Assembly: GCA_963677485.1 (NCBI GenBank)
Contig: OY781964.1
Coordinates: 2,571,288 to 2,635,287 of the forward strand
DNA from: Armatimonadota bacterium
GTDB lineage: Bacteria; Armatimonadota; HRBIN16
Direction: 5' to 3'
DNA: 64,000 nt
Shown here: piece by piece, positions 18,858-28,563 of the stretch
How positions within the stretch are numbered: the first letter of the stretch is position 1
How the letters are laid out: each line of letters begins with the position of its first letter
Notes under the pieces: generated by a model
The model's input: the letters and a program-made list of their open reading frames with translations, nothing else
Database searches by the model: none
Told to the model about the DNA's origin: nothing
Translations under genes and position numbers: made by a program

Positions 18858-19814
18858 ATGAAACTGCGTCAAACCATCACCATACTCGCGATCATCGCCT
18901 CAAGCAACTTGGCCGCATGGCTGTTGTTTCGAGAGCAAAAGATCCCGACGCAGTGGATCGGCCCCAGCGCATTTTGTGCTGTGACACTGGGCTCACTGAT
19001 CATCGCGCTCATCCTGGCGGGAATACAAACCCGATTGGACCGGCTCCACGAACCGGCAGAACGTCGAGAAACCCCTCCAGACGATAACCCATGGACCGCC
19101 CAGGTGATGCTGTTTGGCGGGAGCGACCGCGAAGCGTTGCAGGCAGACCTGTACACGGCCAGCAAACTGGGTGCCGTGAAAGTCGTCGGGAAAAGCATGG
19201 AGCTCACTCCGGCCTCCGCCGAGGTATTGCCCGACCGAATTCAACGGCTTCTGCAGCCGCTGCAGGGCGGTCAGAAGAGCCACTTTGTCTCCACATATGA
19301 ACTGATTCGCAGAAAGGCCGCACGGCAGGCAGGCAAGCAGATCAACTATACGGCCAGCTATGTGATGCCAGTGGGATTGTTCGTCCTGATGATGGGGTTA
19401 GCGATTGCCGCTCCTTTGGGTGAAACCACAAAGCCCCTGGTTACTCTACTGAGCTGGATCATCGCCTCCGCACTGTATTTGTCTATTCACACGCTTACCA
19501 GTTGGATGATGTGGACGGCGAAACCCAGGATTGTGGAGGGCCTAACCGCTGGATACTGCGTCTATGTGGTTGCAATGGCGGCGATGCAGGCCCACTGGCC
19601 AGACCTGATGCCGTTCTGGTTCCTGGGATTTATGGCCTCTGTGCTGGGTGGCATCTGGCCGCTCTGCTGGCGTGTGAAGGGCGCTCACCAGAGTGTACAG
19701 ATGCAGTGGACGGCCTATTGGAGCTATCTGCGCAGTGTGGCGGCCAGCAATGACCCGGCGGTGCTGGAACGCCACAAGGCGATGCTCATCGCGCTGCATA
19801 TGCGCCGGATGTAG
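18858..19814 (+). CDS. hypothetical integral membrane protein
   Basis: 318 aa with several predicted TM segments. No recognisable motif. Confidence 0.45.
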   Translation: MKLRQTITILAIIASSNLAAWLLFREQKIPTQWIGPSAFCAVTLGSLIIALILAGIQTRLDRLHEPAERRETPPDDNPWTAQVMLFGGSDREALQADLYTASKLGAVKVVGKSMELTPASAEVLPDRIQRLLQPLQGGQKSHFVSTYELIRRKAARQAGKQINYTASYVMPVGLFVLMMGLAIAAPLGETTKPLVTLLSWIIASALYLSIHTLTSWMMWTAKPRIVEGLTAGYCVYVVAMAAMQAHWPDLMPFWFLGFMASVLGGIWPLCWRVKGAHQSVQMQWTAYWSYLRSVAASNDPAVLERHKAMLIALHMRRM

Positions 19815-19876
19815 GGGCGGTCGGCGGTGTATGCCCTGGGCGTGGAAACCACGCCCCTACACGTCGCGCGTGCCTG

Positions 19877-20104
19877 TCTGAACCACGGATTACACGGATT
19901 ACACGGATAGGAACGGATGGGACGGTTATATGTCTGAACCACGGATTACACGGATGGCACAGATAGGTTCAGGCGGAGAGGGAGGCCAATCCGGAGATTG
20001 GCGTTCCCAGGTGAATGCCAACCTTGCGCCATTGTATCTCTGCGCCTTTGCGTTAGAATCCCATCCGTGTCATCGAATTCATCCGTGTAATCCGTGGTTC
20101 AGAC
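19877..20104. repeat. MITE-like element, family A variant (TIR ctgaaccacggattacacgg)
   Basis: Left end tctgaaccacggattacacggattacacgg. Right end ccgtgtaatccgtggttcaga. There is an internal duplicated copy of the left end, and the interior gcgcctttgcgtt motif is shared with family A. Confidence 0.55.
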
Positions 20105-20215
20105 GAATCCTCGGCGCGGTCTGGCGGATAGCCCAAGCTACTAGCCCACACACCCACGATTAGGGAAAGCCTGCAAGGAGGTTCCGTGTAGATACTGTTA
20201 TTGACTCGCAAGCGT

Positions 20216-20380
20216 TGCCTAAGTCCGGGGCGGTCTGTGCGCAGGCTAGCGGCTACAGACTGCTCAGGACCGCGCCGGTCTGGCGGATAGCCATGATAGA
20301 TCGGTGTCGGGAACAAGACCGGCGCGGTCTATGGACAATGGCGATTGCCAGCGTACCGCCAGACCGCCCCGGACATAGGC
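20216..20380. repeat. MITE-like element, family B (second full copy)
   Basis: Roughly 85-90% identical to 17520-17683 (estimated by eye), with the same 21-bp TIRs. Confidence 0.6.
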
Positions 20381-20419
20381 ATAACCGGATGCCCACGAGG
20401 GGCATCCGACGTGCGGACG

Positions 20420-22594
20420 CTACAACCTGATCTTTAGCAGCCGACCGGTGCAGGCCTTCGGCAGCTTGACTGTCAGCACACCGCGGTGCGCATTCCAGCT
20501 CCACTGACACTCAAACCCCTTGCTGGGGTATATCTGCTCGATGCAGGGCTTCTGGCCAGTGAAGTGCTTGAGGGGCAGCTCCAACACCTCGTCGCCCTTC
20601 TCCAGACGCCACACGGCCAGGATCGCCTCGGTCTTGGCTTCGTTGATCAGTCCGACGCTGGCTTGGGTTTGGTGCTGGATGCCGGTCATGCCGGTCGGCC
20701 AGAAGGGGAAACTCTGGCGGATGAAGCTGCGCAGCTCACGGTAGAGCGATACGCCCTCTTGGATCAGCCCCATGTTGAACTCGTCGGCTTTGTCGATGTG
20801 CCCGCTCAGGTAGAAATTGCCCACCAGGCCGTTGACCACGTTGAACACGGTCTCTTCGCCGTCCGCCATCGTGGCTAGATACTCTGGCGTGTCCAATATC
20901 CCAGGGTTGGAGGTGTTTGGATAAAGCAGCGGATACGGAAACACCCAGTTGCCCAACTGCTCCGGCAGAATGCCGGCCAGCGATCCCACAATGATGCTGG
21001 GGCACTTGGTGTAGTATTCCTGGTCGCTGAAGCTTTGAACATGGAAATGCTTCAGTGCCTCGGGCTCTTCGCGCATCGCTCCCGACCCGCAGTTCTCAAT
21101 GATCAGCCGGGGGTGCTTGGCACAGACCTCATCGATGAAGCTGTAGAAAGCGCGGTTGTTCACAATCAGGCCGTGTGCGGCACTGCTGCCCAGGTTGTCT
21201 GCTCCAACGCCCACACACTCGTTGTAGTCGTTCTTGATGAAGCCTACACCCATGCCCACCAGCATGTCGATCACCCCATGCATATAGGCACGCACTCCCG
21301 GGTTGGTCCAGTTGAAGAAATAGCGGGTCTGACCAAACACACGCTTGCCGTGACGCATCAGGAACCAGTCATCCGGCTTTTTGGCGATCTCGCTGTCGAA
21401 GCCGACAATCTCCATCTCAAGCCAGATTCCCGGGATCAGCCCCTCCGCTTTGATCTCGTCGAGCAGCCCCTGAAGACCGACCTCGCCAAACCGGTCAGGA
21501 CTCGGTACCCAGTCGCCAAGACCGCTGCTCCAGCTAAACCCTGCCTTGCAGAACCAGCCGGCGTCGATGCAGTAGACATCCGATCCGGCCTTCTTGGCCG
21601 CTTTGAACAGGGGACGCTCGTTCTCCAGGCTGGGGTTCGCCCAGATGGCGTTCATGTAGTCGTTAAAGCAGACCGGCCATTCGCCTTCCCAGGCGTCGAC
21701 GGGCTTCTGCTGACGCTTGTAAATGCTAAGCGCGCGCACGGCCTCTTCAAAGCCACCTTCGGTCACGCCCACCACAGCAGGCGCCGCGGTGAATGTGTCA
21801 CCGGGTTTCAGCTCCAGGCTCCAGCCGCAATAACGCTCATCGGCACCATCAAGCTGCAGATACATCCCTGGTCGGCTGCCGTCCCAGTTGCTGTGTGATC
21901 CCACTTCGATATGCCAGTTGTGGCCACCTTCAAGGTGCGCAAAGTAAATCTTGCCCAGTTCGGTGTCTTCAAGCATGATCATGGGCATGTAACGTGCCGT
22001 CGACTGACTGCCCGTTTGTCCTATATGAACCGCTCCGGCGGTTTTGTGCCACTCTGAGACGACATAGAGGCCCAGCTCTTCCAGTGTGTTGGTCTGCCAC
22101 TGGCCTTCGCCTTCCCATACGTTGCGGCATGTGTGAACCAGGATGCGCCCTGGGTCATTCCAAGGACGCACGCCATCTGTAGCAAGTCCCGGGAACAGTG
22201 CGCTGGAGAGGTGTGTCATGGTGATGGTTTCGGTGCCGTGGTTGGCGATGGTGGTCAAAACCTGGGTCACCGGTGTGCCCGGGCTGAGTTTGTATTCCAC
22301 CTTCGCACTGAGTCCCTTCTCAGCGTAGAGATAATTCAGGATGTAGCCCGAATCGGTCTGCTCCTCGCTCTCAAGAAGAAAATGCCAGGGATATTCGGTC
22401 ACGCCCGTGTTCATGGCATGGCTGAATCCATAACTCTCACCAGCCACTGCCATTGCAAACGGCATCGTGCCGAAACTCTTCCAGATTTCCGAGCCTTTTT
22501 CGGTGGTATTGAGGGTGACCAGCAGTGGGCCGTTGGCCCCGCGGTCAAACTCCATCCGCATACCTTCGTGATCGATTGAATATGTCGACATCAT
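20420..22594 (-). CDS. glycoside hydrolase family 36 alpha-galactosidase
   Basis: 724 aa. The central TIM barrel has GLIPGIWLEMEIV (nucleophile region) and GFIKNDYN...ENCGSGAMR, matching the GH36 pattern. N- and C-terminal beta-sandwich domains flank it. Confidence 0.75.
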   Translation of the reverse strand: MMSTYSIDHEGMRMEFDRGANGPLLVTLNTTEKGSEIWKSFGTMPFAMAVAGESYGFSHAMNTGVTEYPWHFLLESEEQTDSGYILNYLYAEKGLSAKVEYKLSPGTPVTQVLTTIANHGTETITMTHLSSALFPGLATDGVRPWNDPGRILVHTCRNVWEGEGQWQTNTLEELGLYVVSEWHKTAGAVHIGQTGSQSTARYMPMIMLEDTELGKIYFAHLEGGHNWHIEVGSHSNWDGSRPGMYLQLDGADERYCGWSLELKPGDTFTAAPAVVGVTEGGFEEAVRALSIYKRQQKPVDAWEGEWPVCFNDYMNAIWANPSLENERPLFKAAKKAGSDVYCIDAGWFCKAGFSWSSGLGDWVPSPDRFGEVGLQGLLDEIKAEGLIPGIWLEMEIVGFDSEIAKKPDDWFLMRHGKRVFGQTRYFFNWTNPGVRAYMHGVIDMLVGMGVGFIKNDYNECVGVGADNLGSSAAHGLIVNNRAFYSFIDEVCAKHPRLIIENCGSGAMREEPEALKHFHVQSFSDQEYYTKCPSIIVGSLAGILPEQLGNWVFPYPLLYPNTSNPGILDTPEYLATMADGEETVFNVVNGLVGNFYLSGHIDKADEFNMGLIQEGVSLYRELRSFIRQSFPFWPTGMTGIQHQTQASVGLINEAKTEAILAVWRLEKGDEVLELPLKHFTGQKPCIEQIYPSKGFECQWSWNAHRGVLTVKLPKACTGRLLKIRL

Positions 22595-22610
22595 AAGTTC
22601 TCCTGTGTAG

Positions 22611-23345
22611 ATGATTCTATGCTCATGTTACACTAAAATAGTGATGAATACTCAACCCCTCTATCAGGTCCGCCGGAGCACCAGACGGCGCACGTTGAGC
22701 ATCAAGGTCTCAGTGGATCATGGTGTAGTAGTCTACGCCCCCGCTCGGACACCGAACACAGATATCGCCCTTTTCGTGCTCAGCAAACGCGAGTGGCTGG
22801 CAAAAAGCCTGGAACGGATCAACACATACCGCGAAAAGACCAAACGCCCCGCCTTCATGGACAGAACTGAACTTTTATACCGTGGTGTACGCCATCAGCT
22901 TCGATTTGATACGGGATCACCTGCCACGGTGCAGATTCAAGATGGCTGTATTACGGTCACCGCACCACAACAGACCACCCCTGAGGCCTACTACGAGCTG
23001 CTCTGGAAGACGCTGGTCAACTGGTTGCTGCAGGATGCGATGCAGAGCTTAAGCGAAATGCTGAAGCAACGGGCCACGGAGATGGGTGTGAGCTGGCGCA
23101 TGGCATCGATCAAGAGCATGAAAAGCCGATGGGGCAGTTGCAGCCGAAACGGCAACATGAGCCTGCACTGGGCATTGATCATGGCCCCGCCCGAGGTGGC
23201 TGATTATGTGATAGTGCACGAGCTGGCCCACCGCACTCACATGAACCACAGCGAGAATTTCTGGAAACTGGTGGCGCAGTTCATTCCCGACTACGCCGTG
23301 CATCGAAAATGGTTGAGGCTGAATGGATGGGAGCTTTTGTTGTGA
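22611..23345 (+). CDS. YgjP/DUF45-family metal-dependent hydrolase (M48-like HEXXH)
   Basis: VIVHELAHRTHMNHSENFWKLV matches the DUF45 signature HELxH...NHsxxFW. The likely start is the internal ATG at 22644. Confidence 0.75.
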   Translation: MILCSCYTKIVMNTQPLYQVRRSTRRRTLSIKVSVDHGVVVYAPARTPNTDIALFVLSKREWLAKSLERINTYREKTKRPAFMDRTELLYRGVRHQLRFDTGSPATVQIQDGCITVTAPQQTTPEAYYELLWKTLVNWLLQDAMQSLSEMLKQRATEMGVSWRMASIKSMKSRWGSCSRNGNMSLHWALIMAPPEVADYVIVHELAHRTHMNHSENFWKLVAQFIPDYAVHRKWLRLNGWELLL

Positions 23346-23983
23346 GCGCGCTTCTTAAGTTTAGTGAGTTGAGTTACACCATGGGTGAGTCACGTCGGCT
23401 CCGCGTATCTGGCGAGGCGACCTCTGGCGAGATACTGCAGATCACCGGCCCCAGCGGCTGTGGAAAGAGCACGCTGCTGCGCCTGCTGGCCAGGCTGATC
23501 CCGCGGGAGACCGGCCAGATCACACTGCTGGACCAGCCCGATACCGCCATCAACCCTCTGGTGTGGCGCACCAAAGTGCATTACTTCGCACAAAAGCCGA
23601 TCATGACCGAGGGCAGCGTGTGGCAGAACATCCTATACCCCTTCACGCTGAAAATCCGGGCCGACCAGCCCAAACCAGACCGTCACGTTGCCATCCAGCT
23701 TCTGCAGAAAATGGCATTGCCGGCCGAGATTCTGGAGCAGACAGCGGCCTCGCTGAGCTGGGGTGAGAAGCAGCGTGTGGCCCTGGTGCGCAGCCTGCTG
23801 ATGGAGCCTGTGGTGATGCTGCTTGACGAACCGACCGCCTCGCTGGACGACGGCTCGCGAGGAGCGATGATGGCATTGGTGGCGGAGTGGCTTTCCGAAC
23901 GAGATGGCAGATCGGTGGTGCTGGTGTCACACAACAGCGAGCAGTTGGCCGGGGTTCCACTGAGGGCGTTGAGTTTGGGGTAA
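23309..23983 (+). CDS. ABC transporter ATP-binding protein (small, FetA/YbbL-like; no adjacent permease)
   Basis: Walker A GPSGCGKST, ABC signature LSWGEKQRV, Walker B LLDEPTASLD, and an H-loop VLVSHN. Start codon ambiguous: 23309, 23327 or 23381. Confidence 0.8.
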   Translation: MVEAEWMGAFVVSALLKFSELSYTMGESRRLRVSGEATSGEILQITGPSGCGKSTLLRLLARLIPRETGQITLLDQPDTAINPLVWRTKVHYFAQKPIMTEGSVWQNILYPFTLKIRADQPKPDRHVAIQLLQKMALPAEILEQTAASLSWGEKQRVALVRSLLMEPVVMLLDEPTASLDDGSRGAMMALVAEWLSERDGRSVVLVSHNSEQLAGVPLRALSLG

Positions 23984-24318
23984 GGGGCGGGCGAAGCTGA
24001 GCTTGTCAGTAACTGGTCGTTATAAAGGTTATTCCGGCTAATTGCGACGGGTTCCATCAGCCCGCTAAAGCAGGCCTCATCACCCGTCGCTTATCATCTG
24101 GCGGTCCGCTGAAGCGGACGCGGGCATAATCCCTGCGCCGGCCGGAGCGTAGCGGCGCCGGCCGCTAATGATCAGCCACGCGGTGTGGAAACCCCGTAGG
24201 GACGCCAGTCCCGTGGGGTGACTGAACCCGTGGCCATTTGCCGACATTATCCGTTACACCATGGGCTGCCGTGTCTGCACGGGCGGGTGCTTGTTCCTGA
24301 CACAAATCATCATGGCTA

Positions 24319-24385
24319 ACCGCCAGACCGGCGCGGTCTTGAGTCTTCTGCATCCGCTAGCCTACGCACAGACCGCCCCGGACAG
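24319..24385. repeat. partial family-B MITE (3' half)
   Basis: aaccgccagaccggcgcggtcttgag...cacagaccgccccggacagtggc matches the right half of family B. Confidence 0.45.
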
Positions 24386-24708
24386 TGGCAACGCTTGGCT
24401 GCAATAGAGGCGAATAGCCATTCGCATATCGATCTGTCGCCTCAGCGTGACGCATCAGTTGCAGCCTGGGCTGCCGTGTCAACACGGGCATGTGCTTGTC
24501 CTTATAACTCCGCGATCGGCACGGTGAGGATGCCAAATATCAGCGGGAGCATGTTACTGCCCGGAGGCCATGGTGGGACGCAAAGTTTGGATACAGGCAG
24601 TCATCACCCAGGAACTCGTCACGCGGCCGTCGAGTTGTAGGTATAACTGCCTGCAGTTTCGGTGACACCACGAAGGGGGAGCCTTATCCCGCTCGCATTC
24701 CTCCGAGG

Positions 24709-25776
24709 TTATTTCAAAGAGCTCAGATCGTAGGCGTAGACCCGCCCAGTAGCCGCTTGCTGGATAGTGAACGACCTGAGAGCCAGATCAGCGGGAACAT
24801 CATAGTAATATCGAACCCGCATCTCCTGTCCTGGCCCGAGATTGCCGCGTACGGCCTCGTCCTTGCTAGCGAAGAGAGCAGATTCGTTCCACCTTACATC
24901 ACTACCGTCCTGATCGATCAGACGGGGCTTAAATATATTCCATGCGAGTGATCTGTCGCCGGTGCATCCATTTTTCGCTGTCAGTATAGCCACAAAACGC
25001 CGCTCTCCCGGCTTCGGAGCTTTGCCCATGATCGGGGCGTCCGAGAAGCTCACTTCATCTACTTTGACATCAAAATCACGCAACGGGTAAGATTCGCCTA
25101 TCTGTCCCGGGACGGTTTCGAGGGCGGTCGCGCCAGTAGGATCAGCGGGGTCAGCGATCGGCTCGGGCAATGCCTTCACCGGATTGAGGTATTTGCCCTT
25201 GGCGTCCTTTTCCTGCAGGTTGTACCGGAGCACCAGGCGGTCACGTGATTGAATGACGAGTTTTGGCAGTGCGCCTTTTGCAGGCATCATAATCAGCGTG
25301 TAGAGCTGAACCTTCTGACCCGGCTTGAGCGACATGTAGCACTTCGCACCGGTGCCCTCCAAGGCGACATTAGCTACATACCGCAGGTTCTGGTTATTGG
25401 CATCTACGCCGAATATCTCCAGTGTGCTCCATGCCAACCCGTAGTCGCTTCGGTTTGGATTGTGTAGTGTGTAGTGGAGCATCAGAAACTTCTGATCTCT
25501 ATTTGTCAGGAACATCCCGTTATCGATGGAGACCTGATCCACAGTATACTCAGCTCTGTCTACGGTCACATTGATAGGCGCAGTTTTACCCAGGGTGTAT
25601 GTATGGGTAAACAGTGCGTGATCATTCGCTCCCTGAAGCTGGGTTGTCCCCTTCGTGGCTTGATTCTTGGGGTTCTTCACGGGCGTCTTGGCCGCAAACG
25701 ACATGCTGCATGCGAACACTAGAAGCGCGATCAAGATAGACCTGCGCTGCGTGACAGTTGTCTTCATGTTTACCAT
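24709..25776 (-). CDS. secreted hypothetical protein with two internal beta-sandwich-like repeats
   Basis: Signal peptide MKTTVTQRRSILIALLVFACSMSFA. Two halves share V.VD...(F/Y)..., ...LAW... and PGQ motifs, which suggests an internal duplication. Confidence 0.45.
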   Translation of the reverse strand: MVNMKTTVTQRRSILIALLVFACSMSFAAKTPVKNPKNQATKGTTQLQGANDHALFTHTYTLGKTAPINVTVDRAEYTVDQVSIDNGMFLTNRDQKFLMLHYTLHNPNRSDYGLAWSTLEIFGVDANNQNLRYVANVALEGTGAKCYMSLKPGQKVQLYTLIMMPAKGALPKLVIQSRDRLVLRYNLQEKDAKGKYLNPVKALPEPIADPADPTGATALETVPGQIGESYPLRDFDVKVDEVSFSDAPIMGKAPKPGERRFVAILTAKNGCTGDRSLAWNIFKPRLIDQDGSDVRWNESALFASKDEAVRGNLGPGQEMRVRYYYDVPADLALRSFTIQQAATGRVYAYDLSSLK

Positions 25777-26025
25777 CCTTATGAGTATAGAACACGGCTG
25801 ATGATCGTCACTATGACACCGATACCCAGGATTCGGCTAAGCCCCATATGGAGTGGTGCCATACCGATGTCAAGATCGACCATAGACTAATCGTACCTGA
25901 TATGCAAGGCTTAGTGTGTACAGGATGTTGTGTGGTCGAAAAATCCACATGAAGATGAGATGGTGTGTAGATGGGGCAGTTACCAGACCGCCAATTGAAA
26001 ATGAGGTTAAGGTTTGAGCCCCCCA

Positions 26026-26463
26026 TCACAGTTCCGTAATTGGCACACTGAGGATGCCAGGAGCCAACGGGAGCGCAGTGCTGCCCAGATGCACCAGCCA
26101 GCCCCGGTCCGTGCGGTCAGAGTAGTCCTCCATGAAGCTCTTCAGCCCGGAGGCCATGAGGGGCCGTGGGGTGGATGTCGACTTCACCTCAAGAGGGATC
26201 AACATCCCCTGTTGTTCGATCACAAGATCCACTTCGTGGGTGCCTGTCCGGATGCCTGATGGCGTTATGTATATGCTAGACCAATACCCGGCAGATTTTA
26301 CAGAATGCCGATTAGCTACGTATTTGGTGTAAATTTGCAATCGAAATGCAAATTTACACCAAAACCCACAGGTCAGCAAAAGACTACAACCCACATTTGG
26401 TGTATTTTCTGGGCTGCCCAAGGCGTTAATCGGACGGATTGGACGAATCGGGCGGATATTCAC
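26026..26463 (-). pseudogene. truncated C-terminal fragment of a DUF4143-type AAA+ ATPase
   Basis: Only the last about 75 aa (GTHEVDLVIEQQGMLIPLEVKSTSTP...GLKSFMEDYSDR...GWLVHLG) resemble the DUF4143 restriction-endonuclease-like C-domain. The N-terminal part of the ORF is low-complexity (MNIRPIRPIRPI) and overlaps a repeat. Confidence 0.4.
26324..26362. promoter_or_regulatory. perfect 16-bp inverted repeat with 7-nt spacer (candidate operator)
   Basis: ttggtgtaaatttgca atcgaaa tgcaaatttacaccaa. The arms are exact reverse complements. Confidence 0.4.
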
Positions 26464-26501
26464 GATTCGCCCGATCCGTCCGATCTCAATAACTCGGTCA
26501 C

Positions 26502-27638
26502 CTACGGTTTCTCTAGAACTCCCGTGAACAGAAGCTCACCCGTTGCGTCGTTGCGCACTATGTACACGAACGGCCGGTTGAACAGCAGTGGGCGAGGCAT
26601 GGATAACATGATGCCTATGCCGGTGGCTGCAGCGGCCTTGGTTCCCGCCTCATCCACTGTGATGGTGGCCTTTTGAAGTGCCTCATAGATGAACAAACCG
26701 CGTGATCCCGTGCCGCTCATCGCGCTGAAGTCAGCCTGTCCACCGAAAGGAAGCGTCATGCCCAGGGCATTCATCACAGGGATCAGTTTATGCTCAGAGG
26801 TCAGGTCGAACTTAGGCACAAAAAGCGATACTTTGGCCGTAACCAGGCTATTCTTGATATCGGTCAGTTTGGCCGCGGTCAACTCGTTCAGGAATTGGCT
26901 CATGGCTACGTTCGCATTGGGCATGATCAGCAGCATGGACCAGCCCTTCACATCATAATCCATTTGTACGGCTGTGTACAGATTGTCCTTACACGCGAAC
27001 ACGCCGGTCGTGTTCATAAACGGTACTTTTTGCATCATCTTGTTGCGCGTCATCCAAGGTGCAAGTGCTGTCTGTTTTGGGTCAAACTGCTTTGCCCATT
27101 TACCGTCAAACGCCACCGCATTCACCAGAAGCAGTGTGGTATCCGGATCAAGTCTTTCAAACAGCTTTTTGATGCGGCTCTTGGTCTTTTGCTTCACCCA
27201 GTTATTGACTTTGTCCACCGCGTCCCTCTGGCGGAAGTCCTGCTGGAAGGCATCTGCGCGATAATCGGTACCCACGCGACGGACATACTCGGGGTTCAAC
27301 TTTTCATTTATCGACATCCACATGCTGTTGGCGATCTGTAGCATTTCGGGCGGAAGCCCTGCCATCATCTGGCGTAGCGCGGTGTTGTTCTGCCGGTTGA
27401 TCTCCGGAACAGGGCCGGTATACCCGAGCACCGAGGCCATCTGACGCAGCGTAGTTCCCGCTGCACCATTGAGTGCCATGCAGAATGTCATACGCACACT
27501 GTATGGAGACAGGCTCATGTTGAGCCCAGGTTTATAGCACTGACGGGTGAGTTTGAGAGCAAATTCGGTATTGGAGAGGGAAGTCGCAGCCATAATGTAA
27601 AGCCTCCGAAACATCATCGTAGAGTGGAGAGTTACCAA
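26502..27638 (-). CDS. serpin (serine protease inhibitor) family protein
   Basis: 378 aa. Serpin-domain motifs NAVAFDGKWAKQFDPKQT, a reactive-centre-loop region TITVDEAGTKAAAATG, and the C-terminal signature FNRPFVYIVRN...GELLFTGVLEKP. Confidence 0.8.
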   Translation of the reverse strand: MVTLHSTMMFRRLYIMAATSLSNTEFALKLTRQCYKPGLNMSLSPYSVRMTFCMALNGAAGTTLRQMASVLGYTGPVPEINRQNNTALRQMMAGLPPEMLQIANSMWMSINEKLNPEYVRRVGTDYRADAFQQDFRQRDAVDKVNNWVKQKTKSRIKKLFERLDPDTTLLLVNAVAFDGKWAKQFDPKQTALAPWMTRNKMMQKVPFMNTTGVFACKDNLYTAVQMDYDVKGWSMLLIMPNANVAMSQFLNELTAAKLTDIKNSLVTAKVSLFVPKFDLTSEHKLIPVMNALGMTLPFGGQADFSAMSGTGSRGLFIYEALQKATITVDEAGTKAAAATGIGIMLSMPRPLLFNRPFVYIVRNDATGELLFTGVLEKP

Positions 27639-27718
27639 TACAGGAGCTTGTCAGTTCCTGCACTGTTATTAGGACTGTCTGCTTCTTGGTATGGTTATCA
27701 TGACGCCCACCGGATTTC

Positions 27719-27775
27719 TCTGAACCACGGATTACGCGGATTGATAGGATGGCACGGATGGAGAGGGAGGACTGG
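27719..27775. repeat. partial family-A MITE (left end only)
   Basis: ctgaaccacggattacgcggattgataggatggcacggatggagagggagg parallels the left end of the 19877-20104 copy. Confidence 0.4.
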
Positions 27776-27915
27776 GGCCGTGTATGGGCGTTTCGCGAAA
27801 CGCCCTGGGTGACAGTGCCCATACCATGCGATACCTGAGTAGTTACATCAACTGCATGGCATAATATACATAGACGGTTCCGAATACTAACTCTCAACCG
27901 CAAAGGATATTTCGC

Positions 27916-28446
27916 TTGTTATTACTAGCCGCCAGGACGCTTCAATCAGCCTCATCTGCCACCACAGAGGCTTTGAAAGGCACTCCCACGATTTGGGGTC
28001 ATCTGTCTGTATTGATTGCCATACTGGCACTATTCGCGGTGGGATATTACACGGCAAAGTCCAATAAAGGCGGCCAAAAGGTTGAGCCAGAGGACCAGAC
28101 AGATGGTAGCGTGCCCGTGTGCGAAGAGACCTGGGCCAACAGCCGTGAGCTTGGCACGCTTGTGGAGGAGTTCGACCAAGATGGTGTGCATGTTCAGATA
28201 TACAACATGTGGGTGCAGATTGACGGGCTGATTACCTACCATCGTGCATTCTGCTTCCTGCCCGATAAGACGGAGCCTTTTCTGATCTTCAACCTCGATG
28301 GTGCCATGGGTTGCTTTTTCTTCAGCGTGCATAACCATCGCCACCGCATTGCCCATGCGCAGGTGCATAACAGTGTGACTGTGGCACAATGGCGTTCGTG
28401 GGCGATGTCGATGTTGCCAAGATACTATAAACCTGTGACGGAATAA
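27916..28446 (+). CDS. hypothetical protein with one TM segment
   Basis: 176 aa with a hydrophobic segment HLSVLIAILALFAVGYY. No other motif. Confidence 0.35.
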   Translation: MLLLAARTLQSASSATTEALKGTPTIWGHLSVLIAILALFAVGYYTAKSNKGGQKVEPEDQTDGSVPVCEETWANSRELGTLVEEFDQDGVHVQIYNMWVQIDGLITYHRAFCFLPDKTEPFLIFNLDGAMGCFFFSVHNHRHRIAHAQVHNSVTVAQWRSWAMSMLPRYYKPVTE

Positions 28447-28563
28447 GATTTCGACACCCCTTGCCAGATGTCTTGTTACAGGAGATCATTGAGGCAACCA
28501 TCATATGATATTCCTCATGGGTTACACTACTACTAGAGTATTGAAAAACCGGGAGGATGCAGC

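Noticed and set aside
21035-21898. 287-aa + strand ORF
   Set aside because: Antisense to the GH36 alpha-galactosidase, whose motifs are on the minus strand.
26425-26495. Intrinsic terminator for the serpin gene
   Set aside because: An imperfect inverted repeat (cggacggattggacgaatcgggcg / cgcccgatccgtccg) follows the stop, but there is no U-run on the transcribed strand. Recorded only as a hairpin.
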